A stretch of 64,000 nt of DNA, taken from IMG/VR virus record IMGVR_UViG_3300005444_000002. One strand, given 5' to 3'. The notes beneath the pieces are model-generated. The model had not been told where the DNA came from. It saw only the letters and a program-made list of their open reading frames with translations, and did not search any database. This stretch comes from an uncultured virus (IMG/VR IMGVR_UViG_3300005444_000002). Its lineage: Duplodnaviria; Heunggongvirae; Uroviricota; Caudoviricetes. Of this stretch, positions 1 through 9,545 are shown piece after piece. Made by a program: the position numbers and the translations under genes. Numbering within the stretch: the stretch's first letter is position 1; the number at the start of each line of letters is the position of its first letter.

Positions 1-912
1 GTGATCTCCAAACTCTCCCCCTCCATAGGTTGCATCTCCCATTTCGCGATAGTGAATATCCATAACCGCCTGTGGTTCCCCTCCGAGGATGGGGTCTATA
101 CCTACGATGGATCTTTCAAATTCCAAATGGAGGATCTCAAGACCCTCTGGAAGGATGACTTTAAGATCCACAAAGGGGAGTACCTGAAGGCCATTGCTGT
201 AGATGATCGGGAGATGCAGGTTTACAAGCTCCTCATCCCGAGGAACCAGCTTCCCCTCTCCCTCTATTACGTGGGTGCCTATACAGACCTAGAGCCTGAG
301 ACTGGTGGAGGGGCAGGGCAACCCTACTGGACTATAGACCAGAGGAACAGAAGGGATAGCACCATCGGTCTTGCTAGTGATGGGAATTCCAATGAGGTCA
401 TTACCGGGAATTGTGATGGATGGTTGAGGAGGGAGAATGTGGACGGGGATGGAGATGATGATGGGGATACCCTAGGGAAGCACCTGACTATCAGGCATGG
501 TCACAATCTCATGGGGGATCCTATGGGAGATGAGGAGGAGGGGAAGACCTTCCCCAAACTCCACACCTCTGTGGAGAGTGAAGCTACTGCTTGGACCCTC
601 TATGCCCTTGGGGGGGATGAGCAAGCATACCTTCAAGTCAGACCAGACAACACAACCTACTTCTGGAAGGATTCTGTTAGTGAGTCCTACTTCTCCCAAA
701 CCATTGATAACGTACTATATACATATATCCCCAAAACCATCCACTGGCACTATCCCGAACGAGTATCTGGAAGGGGGATTACCGTGGAGATCCAGGCCAA
801 TGCCCCTATCAGGATGAAGTATAGGGGGTATGGAGGGGTGTGGGGTCCTGGTCCTGCCTCCCGACCCCCTGCTACCGCAACGATATTACCGGAAGAAGAG
901 GAAGATCCTTAG
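1..912 (+). CDS. C-terminal part of a tail nozzle/DNA stabilisation-type protein (5' truncated by window edge)
   Basis: Open frame from base 1; beta-rich; lies just upstream of ejection-protein-like genes; likely continues the ORF starting at 63546. Confidence 0.55.
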   Translation: MISKLSPSIGCISHFAIVNIHNRLWFPSEDGVYTYDGSFKFQMEDLKTLWKDDFKIHKGEYLKAIAVDDREMQVYKLLIPRNQLPLSLYYVGAYTDLEPETGGGAGQPYWTIDQRNRRDSTIGLASDGNSNEVITGNCDGWLRRENVDGDGDDDGDTLGKHLTIRHGHNLMGDPMGDEEEGKTFPKLHTSVESEATAWTLYALGGDEQAYLQVRPDNTTYFWKDSVSESYFSQTIDNVLYTYIPKTIHWHYPERVSGRGITVEIQANAPIRMKYRGYGGVWGPGPASRPPATATILPEEEEDP

Positions 913-928
913 GGTGATTGGAGCATAA

Positions 929-1660
929 ATGGCTGCTGGGATCAGAGTTTCGTTTGGGAGTGGGAATGGAGGGGGGTCCTATGTTCCTCCTCAGGGGGTA
1001 GGGACAGGGGGGTTTGGGGGAGGATACCCTTCCACCTCCTCCAACGGTCCTGGTGGGGCTCCCTCCGGAGGGGGATCTTCCTGGATGGGTTCCTCTACCC
1101 CGACCTCTTACCAAGGGGCAGCTTCCACTCCTGCTACTCCAGCTTCCTCCTACACCCCTGGGCCGATGAATATCCAGACCCAACAGAATCCTCAACTTGA
1201 AGCCTTACAGGGGGAATATGCGAAATATAGGAGTGGGTTGGCGGCGGGTTCAGACCAGGATGCGACCAATACCCTGCAGAGGCAGAGGGATCTAACCTCA
1301 GGGATGGCCCAGGAGGCTGGGCAGAATGCTGCTTTCCGCATGGGACCTGATAGTGGGGCTCAGGGGGAGGCGACTAAGAATGTCTGGTCTCAAGGGGCTG
1401 CGAACCTATCCGGGTTGAATGCCAACCTTGCTAGTGATGCTAGGAACAAGCAGCTGAATGCCCTCAATTCTCAGACAGGTGCCGCTCAGGGTGCAGCCCA
1501 GATCGATCAAGCCCAACAGAATTTCGCGTTGAATCAATGGCAAGCCCAGCAGAGTGCCTCCCAAGCTCAAGCCCAGTTGGCTGCCCTCCAACAGCAGAAC
1601 GGTTTCCAAAATCAGATGAGTCTCGCTAACCTTGCCGGTAGTTTTTACTCGGGGTATTAA
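929..1660 (+). CDS. Gly/Gln-rich putative internal virion (ejection/pilot) protein
   Basis: GGAG RBS; G/S-rich N-terminus, Q/A-rich helical C-terminus; position typical of podoviral ejection genes. Confidence 0.55.
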   Translation: MAAGIRVSFGSGNGGGSYVPPQGVGTGGFGGGYPSTSSNGPGGAPSGGGSSWMGSSTPTSYQGAASTPATPASSYTPGPMNIQTQQNPQLEALQGEYAKYRSGLAAGSDQDATNTLQRQRDLTSGMAQEAGQNAAFRMGPDSGAQGEATKNVWSQGAANLSGLNANLASDARNKQLNALNSQTGAAQGAAQIDQAQQNFALNQWQAQQSASQAQAQLAALQQQNGFQNQMSLANLAGSFYSGY

Positions 1661-1662
1661 AG

Positions 1663-2334
1663 TTGAATTATTCCTCCTATGGTCCTAGTGGTATCAATGT
1701 CAACACCCAGGCTCCTGGGAGTAGTTTACCTGGGGGTCCTGGGGTGGATCAGCAGTTTCAGGGGCTCTTGGGGCAGGGGTTGGCCTTTAAGCAGAACATG
1801 GCCAATCGGGGGATGGCTCTCAGAGAAGGGGAAGCAGCTGATGCTTCTAAGATGAGAGCAATGCAGATGCAGGCTCTGGAGAAACAACAGGGATGGGCAC
1901 AACAGGATAGGGATCGGAATACCCCACAGGAGAGACCCATGGAAGACCCCCGAATGGCAGATCTGAATCGCCTGAGACGACAAGATGAGATGGCTGCGAT
2001 TAACGCTAGGCTTCATCCTGCTCCTATGAAGGGTGTGACTGGATTCAACATGATTGGGAATGCTGATGGAGCTGATGTGATGGATACTCAACGTATGGGT
2101 TTCCATCAGCGACAAGCCTACCTTCCCAAAGAATCGGGGATTGTGAGTCCCGGTACAGCTGTTCCGACTGGGTCTATCAGACCTCCATCTTCTGCTCCTA
2201 TCGCAAGTCCTCAGGATCCTTTTCCCAATGGAACAGGAACTCAATTCGCAGCTGGCCAAATGGCCAATGCTCTTGAACGATCCAATTATGAAAGTGCTGC
2301 AAGGTATCAGAAGGAGCAAGGGGGGAAGGGCTAA
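1663..2334 (+). CDS. Putative internal virion protein
   Basis: Tightly packed ORF with M/Q/P-rich low complexity, in the ejection gene cluster. Confidence 0.5.
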   Translation: MNYSSYGPSGINVNTQAPGSSLPGGPGVDQQFQGLLGQGLAFKQNMANRGMALREGEAADASKMRAMQMQALEKQQGWAQQDRDRNTPQERPMEDPRMADLNRLRRQDEMAAINARLHPAPMKGVTGFNMIGNADGADVMDTQRMGFHQRQAYLPKESGIVSPGTAVPTGSIRPPSSAPIASPQDPFPNGTGTQFAAGQMANALERSNYESAARYQKEQGGKG

Positions 2335-3239
2335 TGGGACTTAATGACTTCCTCTATAGTGCAGGGAGACTCCTCAACAACCCTTCTGTAGATGAGGCTG
2401 ATCAGAGATTCAGGTCCAATGCAGCCGATCAGAACCTTCAAGGGTTAAAGCAGGGTATCCAGCAAGCAGCTGGGGCTTTTGGGGCTGGGATTAATCAAGA
2501 GGGCAACCCATCTGGTTTCCATGGTCATGGAGCTAGTGGAGGGTGGGATGCTCCAACTCCTCCCCCTCCTCCGGGGATGGGGATGTATCCTAACGTCCCC
2601 ATTGATTTCACCGCTAATCCATTGGACCAGATTCCGAAGAAGGACCCTACTGCTAATGCTGATGGGGGATCTGGCTATTTGAGCCCTATGCTCCCCCCTG
2701 AGGCTCCGGATAGTGTTCGTCCTCCTCTCCCTCCAGGTGGGTATGTCCACGCAAAGATCAATGGGAAGGATTGGGTAGATTACACCACCACTGCCTCTGA
2801 TCCTAGATTGGCTAACACAGAGCCGTCTAGAGAGATCGTTGCCCCTCCTCCTAGGGATACTGGAGGAGGTCTTTCCATGATGCAGATTTCAGGGAATACT
2901 CCTGGGGCACGAAGGCTAGAGATGGAAAGTAAGTTGCAGGAGCTTGAGCAGAATCAGATGAGTCAGGAGCTAGCCTTCTCCAAACTCACCCCCGACCAGA
3001 TGGCTCAACAGAAGGCAGCCCAGAGACCTATGGATCATCAGATGGCACTTCTCCAGTTGGGGATGCAGACCTTTGGTGATCAGGGGTCTTATGTTCAAAG
3101 AGACCTTGCTCAGAAAGAACATGCCCTTGGTCGTCCATTCAGTCCTCAAGAGAAAGCCACTATGGCAGCCGCCGCCGCCGCTGATTGGGAAGAGAAGATG
3201 GCTCAGTTTGGTGGTGTAGGTCCCAAGAAGCCTATCTAA
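2334..3239 (+). CDS. Putative internal virion protein
   Basis: TAATG coupling at both ends; P/Q-rich. Confidence 0.5.
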   Translation: MGLNDFLYSAGRLLNNPSVDEADQRFRSNAADQNLQGLKQGIQQAAGAFGAGINQEGNPSGFHGHGASGGWDAPTPPPPPGMGMYPNVPIDFTANPLDQIPKKDPTANADGGSGYLSPMLPPEAPDSVRPPLPPGGYVHAKINGKDWVDYTTTASDPRLANTEPSREIVAPPPRDTGGGLSMMQISGNTPGARRLEMESKLQELEQNQMSQELAFSKLTPDQMAQQKAAQRPMDHQMALLQLGMQTFGDQGSYVQRDLAQKEHALGRPFSPQEKATMAAAAAADWEEKMAQFGGVGPKKPI

Positions 3240-6200
3240 TGGGAAAGTCTGACGAATATCTCGCTTCCCTTATGGGGGAGACTCCTCCGGTTGAGGGGGA
3301 GGGTCTCTTCACTCAGGGGAGACATGCTTTAGGAGCCCTGGTAGGATCCGTTGGAGCCCTCGGGGGGCAGGTTGCTGGGCTTGCCTTCCCTGATGCTTAT
3401 CAGAGAGCTTTCCAAGAGCGAGTGGCGAATGCTGGCCCAGAGGATCAGGGACTTATTTCCTCTATCAACAATGCTCCTGGGTTTGGAGCCACCATCGCAG
3501 AGGCTATCTCTCCTGGTACCCCTGAGACTGGTTTAGGGAGAGTTGCGAAGCATGTCGGAGGGATGGCAGGAGACTTCCTCCCCTACATGCTTCTCCCCGG
3601 GGGAGCTGGACTCAAAGGGGGGATGGAACTCCTTAAGGGGGGAGAGATTCTTAAAGGGGCAGGAGCCATCCTCGGCTCAAACCTTCCCGCTGCAGCTGCC
3701 TTTGGACCTGAGTTGGTTCAGGGGATTTATCAGGGTGGAAAGCAGACTGTTGAGGATATAGGCCAGGGGGAGTGGGGGAAGGCTGCGGAGCATGGATCTG
3801 AGGCCCTCCTGATGTCCGGTTTGGGTGCCCTGATGGCCCATGGATCCATCCATGAACTCCAGGCCATGAAGGCCCTGAGAGCCTCCAGGGGGCAGAAGAT
3901 CACCCCCGAGGTGGTAGATCCCCGCCTAGCAGCAACAACCTCCACAGGAGTCCCCACTGATGCTCCCCTAATCCCTGGGGAGGGAGCCAACCTCCAGGGG
4001 AGTGGAGGAACGGATAGCTATTCCCCCAATCCTTTCACTCCTCGTCCACCTGACCCCTCCCTCTCCCCCAGGACGGGATCTGACATAACTCCAGCTCCCT
4101 TTATCCCTCCCCCTGAAGGTGGTTGGGGCCCTGGGCAATCCACCCAGAGCTTCCTCCCTCCTCCTGTGGATATGGTGGTTCCTCCACCTTCCCCTGATCT
4201 CTCTCCAACATCCTCCACGGGGGTAACATCTGCCCCAGTGGATGTGAATCCCAATCCCTGGGGTTATCGTCCCCCTTCAGGGAGTGGAGGGATGTTTACC
4301 CTTCCCGGGAGACCTGAACCCCCTCCCCGACCTGAGGTCATCCTCACTCCTCAACCTCCAGGTACCACTCCCTCCAGGCCAAAGACCCCTGGACAGATCC
4401 AAGGGACTTGGATGGAAGGAGGGGAAAAGATTGATCCTAGCCTCCCCATGGTGGAGCCTGATACTCCTTTACAGATGATAGAGGCGGATCCGGAGACTCT
4501 TCCCTTAATAGAGGCTGATCCCGAAAGTAAGACAAATGGGAAGTACACTCCTGAAATCAGGGATAAGGTCTTGGGAGAAATCACCAATACCGCTTTTAGA
4601 GCCACAGGGGAAGGATCCATTCCTTTCCTAGCTAAGAAGTATGGGATTGCTCAAAACACTCTCCGCAAATGGCACGCTGAGGCAAAGGCGGCTGAGGTAG
4701 GGGAAGCACCCCCAGTTCATGTGGATCAGGCTGATACCCCCGTCTACACTCCCCTTCAGGCACTTCAACAGGAACATATCCAAAGACTCATCCCCGAGGT
4801 AACGGCAGACCTTATCAAGGAGAAGGGGGCAGCATTCGCAAAGAGGCATCCAGATATCATCCAGAAGTTGGCCGAAAAGGAATACTTCATTCGTGCCAAC
4901 CATATGACTGGACTCCCGGGGATTGGTGCTTTCAATGAAGCTGTTGCTCGTCTGAAGTCCGATCCTGCTGACCCCTCTGGCAATCGTAAGCAAGCAGCCT
5001 TCATTTCCGCTGATGGTCGTAAGTTTAAGGACTGGAATGATGAGTTTGGGCATGAGAATGGAGATATGGCTCTTCAAGCCATGGGCCATCTATGGGCAAA
5101 AGCATCAGCAGAGTTTCCCGGAACCCAGATCTTCCAGCCCAGTGGAGATGAATTTAGGGGGATAGCGGAGAATCTAGCTCAAGCTCATCAAATAGGCCAG
5201 AGATTTCAGGAATTGACTAAAGGTGCCACAATTGAAATCAACCACAAAGGAAGTCGTAGACATGTTGGTCTTCCTGAGATAGACTATGGTGCAGCAGAGG
5301 GGGAATTCAAACATGCCGATACAGTCCTCGAAGAAGTTAAAGAGCGCAGACGAACTCCGGGCGGAACGGGTCGGAGGAGAGATGACGGAGGAGGAAAAGG
5401 ATATTATTCGGAACCGAACTCCGGGGACGGAAGTACTCCTGCACATTCCCGGAGAACCTCCGATAGTTCTGATCCCGGGAAAGAAGTTGTCGGAAGTGGA
5501 TCGGACGAAGAACTAGGCGGGAATAAGGGAGGGGGAGATGAAGGAGAAGGAGGATCCTCCCCGGCCAATGGGGGGGTATCGAACGTCAGTAAGCAGCTGG
5601 GGGACAATGTTGGTGAGACCCAAGGCGGTAAAGCCAAGGGAACTGTCTCCGGAGGAAGTGAAGGGGATCAAACTGGCTCTATCTCAACTCCAGGGAATGA
5701 AGGTGACGGACTAACCTCTAGTCCCCCCGGATCTCCTCCGGGGGTCACTCCCCCTACCCTCCCCGGGAATGGAAAGCGAACCTTCTCCCCCACCCGTACC
5801 AGGGATGCCAACTCCAAGATGCCCCCTCATGAGGGGGGGAAGGTTAGGGATCCTGGGAAGATCTCTGCTCAGCAAGCCCTCATAGATAAGCAAACAGCCC
5901 TCCTCTCCCAAGGGGATAACGCCACCAATCCCCTCATCTCAGATGAGGTTGGGAACGCGATTATTGAGCATGGGGAGGCTCCCCCAACCGACCTTCCTGT
6001 TGAAGCCACCCCCATCCTCCCCGAGTCCAAACAACTCCCCCCAGGTTCCCCTACCACTATCGAAGATAGGTTTAAGCAGACAGTGGCCAATACTCCTCCA
6101 GAGGCCCCTCTCTCCTTCCTTCAGAGAGCTGGAAAGGATGCTTTAGACCGTCTCAATACCCAGAAGGGTACTGCCAACGAACTTGGCGCAGCAGCATGGC

Positions 6201-8401
6201 AAGGGGCGAAGACCTTCAAGGATACCGTCATATATCTATCCTCCTTGATCGATAAAGGAGTCAGAGATTTCGCAACTGCCAGTAAGAGGATGATCTCAGA
6301 GTTTGGGGAAGGGATCACCCCTCACCTAAAGAGACTCTGGGCTAGGGCCCAGGAGCATTGGGAGACCTTCAAGGCCAAGAAGGATGAAGCCTTCGGTCCC
6401 TCTGAGGCTGGAGCTGTTGCTCTTGGCCCTCAGGGGTTGAAGGGGATTAAGCCGATACCTCTTCCAAAGAGGGCATCTATCAACGAGACTGCTCCCACCC
6501 ACACCTCTCTCAAAGAAGAAATCCCCAGACTCACCGAACGAGGGACCTCTGCTCTCCTCAAGATCCATAAAGAGGGCTCTCCGGCAGAATACAAAGAAGC
6601 CCTGAAGAAGGCCAAGGATCCTAAGTGGTCGGAGATGTTCTCAGAGGCCTACAAGGCAGGCCTTGTCAGTGGACCCCCTTCCTGGATAGCGAACATCGGA
6701 TCCAATGCCCTTGTCAGGGGGCTCTCAGATTGGGAACATACCTTAGCGGTGGGTTTGGATTCCGCCAGGAGCAAACTAACCGGGTCTAAAAGGGAAAGGT
6801 TCATGGACGAAATCCCCGCCAGGATGGGAGCCTATAAGGCTGCCCTTTCTGGGGAGGATGGGGCTATCTCTAACCTAGTTAGAAATCACTTCGGAGTCAC
6901 CCTCGATCCTCTAGAAAATAAATTCGGCGGAAAGACCCAAGACTACCCCAACGCTATCCCAGGGAAGTTGGGAGAGGGGATCAGGGTTCCTTTCAAGATC
7001 ATGGATGCTTGGGACTCTGTCTTCAAGCATCTGTCTGGGTTTGGGCAGGCCTCTGACCTCGCTATTCGAAAGGCAAAGGGGAAGGGGTTGAAGGGGGATG
7101 CCTTCAAGGCTGAATACAACAGACTCTTTAAAGAAATGAAGGATGTTGCCTCCAACGGGAAGGAGAGCAAGCATTATGGGAGGTATAAGGAGGAGTTTGA
7201 ACAGATCCAGAGTGCCTACCTGGAGGATACCTTCCAATCCGCCCTAGGACCCATTGGTCAGGCGGTGAAGGGATTAGCTGCCTCTCATCCCCTGATTGGA
7301 TCCGCTCTCCTCCCCTTTATCACTGTCCCTGCTAACGTTGCCAAGGCAACCTTGAAGCGAACTCCCCTAGCCTTCCTCCATGGGGAGGTGAGTATCCCCA
7401 ACCTGATCAGGAAGGTGAAGAACGGGACTCTGTCTGGAGCGGATATGGATGCCCTCGCCAAACCCCTAACAGGTTCAATGATTGCCCTAGGGTTTGGTAT
7501 GGCAGCTGCGGAGGGGTTTGTTACTGGTGGGGGGCCAAGCGATCCGAAGTTGAGGGCTGCGTTGGAGGAGAGTGGTTGGCAGCCCTATTCGATCAAGATA
7601 GGGAAGTCTTTCGTAAGCCTGCAACGTTTTGAGCCGATCAGCAGCATCATAGGGATGGCAGCTGACGTAGTTGAGGGGCATCAATCCGGAGCCTTCTCCA
7701 ACCCTCATGACGCAGTTGAGAAGATCGCTGGATCCATTGGGGAGAATCTTACCTCCAAAACCTTCTTGGCTGGTCTAGAAGGTTTCGCCACCGCATGGCA
7801 TGACCCGGTTAGGTATGGGGGGAGATGGATCAGACAGATGGAGGCTTCCTTGGTCCCCAACATCGTGGCCAAGACTGCCCAGGCTATCGATCCAGTGTTT
7901 AGGCAGACCGATACAGCAACCCTGGATCCCATCACCGCTAGGATCCCCTTCGCCTCCAGAACCCTCCCAGCCCAGACCTCCCCCTCTGGGGCTGAAAGGT
8001 TGAGGAAAGGTACCCCCCTGGAAAGGTTAGCTTCCCCCCTCCCGAGGTCTGAAGAGAAGGGGGAAGAGGGAGATCTGGGGAGAGAGTTTGCCTCCATCGG
8101 CTGGGCCCCCTCTCGCCCCAAGAGGAGCATCTACGTGGAGGGGAGGAAGATCACCCTTACCCAAGAGGAGATCTCTCGTCTGGAGAAGGCTCAGGTGGCT
8201 GCCTCCAAGGCTGCGATGGTGGTCCTGAAAGATCCGACGTACCTCAGGCTCCCCAAAAACGAAGAATCGCCTGAGTTTACACCTGGGCGTAAGACTAGAG
8301 CCGACGTACTCGAAAATATTTATCGTCGTCAACGCCGGGTAGTTCTAGCCGATGTAACCCGTTCTGCTGCAAAACGGTCCCGTATTCCCGTAACCCCTTA
8401 A
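3239..8401 (+). CDS. Large multidomain ejection/polyvalent protein with internal HTH and GGDEF-like domains
   Basis: Start reassigned to ATG 3239 (TAATG overlap). C-terminal motif GFVTGGGP...GWQPYSIK...RFEP is typical of large internal virion proteins. HTH at ~4541-4692; GGDEF motifs at ~4890-5350. Confidence 0.75.
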   Translation: MGKSDEYLASLMGETPPVEGEGLFTQGRHALGALVGSVGALGGQVAGLAFPDAYQRAFQERVANAGPEDQGLISSINNAPGFGATIAEAISPGTPETGLGRVAKHVGGMAGDFLPYMLLPGGAGLKGGMELLKGGEILKGAGAILGSNLPAAAAFGPELVQGIYQGGKQTVEDIGQGEWGKAAEHGSEALLMSGLGALMAHGSIHELQAMKALRASRGQKITPEVVDPRLAATTSTGVPTDAPLIPGEGANLQGSGGTDSYSPNPFTPRPPDPSLSPRTGSDITPAPFIPPPEGGWGPGQSTQSFLPPPVDMVVPPPSPDLSPTSSTGVTSAPVDVNPNPWGYRPPSGSGGMFTLPGRPEPPPRPEVILTPQPPGTTPSRPKTPGQIQGTWMEGGEKIDPSLPMVEPDTPLQMIEADPETLPLIEADPESKTNGKYTPEIRDKVLGEITNTAFRATGEGSIPFLAKKYGIAQNTLRKWHAEAKAAEVGEAPPVHVDQADTPVYTPLQALQQEHIQRLIPEVTADLIKEKGAAFAKRHPDIIQKLAEKEYFIRANHMTGLPGIGAFNEAVARLKSDPADPSGNRKQAAFISADGRKFKDWNDEFGHENGDMALQAMGHLWAKASAEFPGTQIFQPSGDEFRGIAENLAQAHQIGQRFQELTKGATIEINHKGSRRHVGLPEIDYGAAEGEFKHADTVLEEVKERRRTPGGTGRRRDDGGGKGYYSEPNSGDGSTPAHSRRTSDSSDPGKEVVGSGSDEELGGNKGGGDEGEGGSSPANGGVSNVSKQLGDNVGETQGGKAKGTVSGGSEGDQTGSISTPGNEGDGLTSSPPGSPPGVTPPTLPGNGKRTFSPTRTRDANSKMPPHEGGKVRDPGKISAQQALIDKQTALLSQGDNATNPLISDEVGNAIIEHGEAPPTDLPVEATPILPESKQLPPGSPTTIEDRFKQTVANTPPEAPLSFLQRAGKDALDRLNTQKGTANELGAAAWQGAKTFKDTVIYLSSLIDKGVRDFATASKRMISEFGEGITPHLKRLWARAQEHWETFKAKKDEAFGPSEAGAVALGPQGLKGIKPIPLPKRASINETAPTHTSLKEEIPRLTERGTSALLKIHKEGSPAEYKEALKKAKDPKWSEMFSEAYKAGLVSGPPSWIANIGSNALVRGLSDWEHTLAVGLDSARSKLTGSKRERFMDEIPARMGAYKAALSGEDGAISNLVRNHFGVTLDPLENKFGGKTQDYPNAIPGKLGEGIRVPFKIMDAWDSVFKHLSGFGQASDLAIRKAKGKGLKGDAFKAEYNRLFKEMKDVASNGKESKHYGRYKEEFEQIQSAYLEDTFQSALGPIGQAVKGLAASHPLIGSALLPFITVPANVAKATLKRTPLAFLHGEVSIPNLIRKVKNGTLSGADMDALAKPLTGSMIALGFGMAAAEGFVTGGGPSDPKLRAALEESGWQPYSIKIGKSFVSLQRFEPISSIIGMAADVVEGHQSGAFSNPHDAVEKIAGSIGENLTSKTFLAGLEGFATAWHDPVRYGGRWIRQMEASLVPNIVAKTAQAIDPVFRQTDTATLDPITARIPFASRTLPAQTSPSGAERLRKGTPLERLASPLPRSEEKGEEGDLGREFASIGWAPSRPKRSIYVEGRKITLTQEEISRLEKAQVAASKAAMVVLKDPTYLRLPKNEESPEFTPGRKTRADVLENIYRRQRRVVLADVTRSAAKRSRIPVTP

Positions 8402-8457
8402 GTACCAATAAGCCCTTTTTCGTCTGTTACCTTGGTAATAAGGGGGTGCAGTGATTC

Positions 8458-8952
8458 ATGAGAGGACAGAGTCTCCAGGCAAGGTTTGAGGCCAAGATTT
8501 ATCGTGAACCTGCCACAGGTTGTTGGCTTTGGACTGGTGCTAATAGAGGCAAGCTCAAATATGGAATAATCCGATCAACACGAACTAAGTCAAATCCCAA
8601 AGGACGTTATTTGGCTGCTCACCGTGTTGCATGGGAACTGTATCGTGGTCCCATACCCGATGGCATCCTCATCTGCCATACCTGTGATGTACATCAATGC
8701 GTCAATCCCTCTCACCTGTTCTTAGGGACACATTTAGACAACGCCAGAGATGCCATAGCTAAGGGCCGAAGACCTTCCATTAAACTTACCAAATCACAAG
8801 TTGAGGACATTAAACAACAACTAGTCAATGGGAGCACTGTACCGTATCTAGCTCGCCTCTATCGTGTAGGATTTAGCAATATCCATTCGATTAAGCACAA
8901 TGTCATATGGAAGGATGTTCCATGGCCGGCAGTCTATCACCCGTGGGGTTAG
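8458..8952 (+). CDS. HNH homing endonuclease with C-terminal HTH
   Basis: CWLWTG...YG...AHRVAW...CHTCD..CVNPSHL.LGT..DN motif. Confidence 0.9.
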   Translation: MRGQSLQARFEAKIYREPATGCWLWTGANRGKLKYGIIRSTRTKSNPKGRYLAAHRVAWELYRGPIPDGILICHTCDVHQCVNPSHLFLGTHLDNARDAIAKGRRPSIKLTKSQVEDIKQQLVNGSTVPYLARLYRVGFSNIHSIKHNVIWKDVPWPAVYHPWG

Positions 8953-8958
8953 GAATAG

Positions 8959-9417
8959 ATGGCCATCGGCTCTGGTAAGAGGTTCTTGGATCCTGTTCCA
9001 ATCCTTGTGGATCGAGAGTGGAGGGATGTCTCCAGGGACCTCCAACAGATGTTGGAGAAGCTTTCTGCTTGCATAGCCAATACCTCCTTCGCCTTCTTCT
9101 CCAATACTCCCCCAGAGCAAATCCAGGCAGGGGTAGATGCCTCCCCAGGAACAGAAACCTTCGGAGTGGCCCCCACAGACCACACCCATGATGTCCTTAC
9201 TGGGGTACCGGTAGATATAGGGACAGAGAATGAGGAGGGTACCTCCAATGCCCTCTCCAGGAGTGACCATGTCCATGGTTCCTCCTTCGGAGATACCACA
9301 GTGGAGGTGGTGAATGGGCTAGATACCACCTTCACCTATGCCCCCTCTACAGATGAATTACTAACAGATATCTATCTAACCCTCCTGGAACTAGTGGAGT
9401 TAGAGAGGGAAAGATGA
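8959..9417 (+). CDS. Putative virion/fibre-associated protein
   Basis: Two DHxH motifs (TDHTHD, SDHVHG); late operon. Confidence 0.45.
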   Translation: MAIGSGKRFLDPVPILVDREWRDVSRDLQQMLEKLSACIANTSFAFFSNTPPEQIQAGVDASPGTETFGVAPTDHTHDVLTGVPVDIGTENEEGTSNALSRSDHVHGSSFGDTTVEVVNGLDTTFTYAPSTDELLTDIYLTLLELVELERER

Positions 9418-9545
9418 GCACCCCCACCTCCGTAGTCCTTAATGGTAGATCCAGCCTAATCATCGCAGACCGTACCCAGGAGGAGATCCTCACTTCCATT
9501 CTCCTACTGTTGAAGGAGCTATTAATCTTGAGGAGATCCGAATGA
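9414..9545 (+). CDS. Small hypothetical protein (43 aa, not in ORF track)
   Basis: ATGA overlaps at both ends; MSTPTSVVLNGRSSLIIADRTQEEILTSILLLLKELLILRRSE. Confidence 0.6.
   Translation: MSTPTSVVLNGRSSLIIADRTQEEILTSILLLLKELLILRRSE

Noticed and set aside
3185..3238. Track start of the large ejection protein at 3185
   Set aside because: Overlaps the upstream gene; ATG 3239 in a TAATG junction fits the operon's coupling pattern
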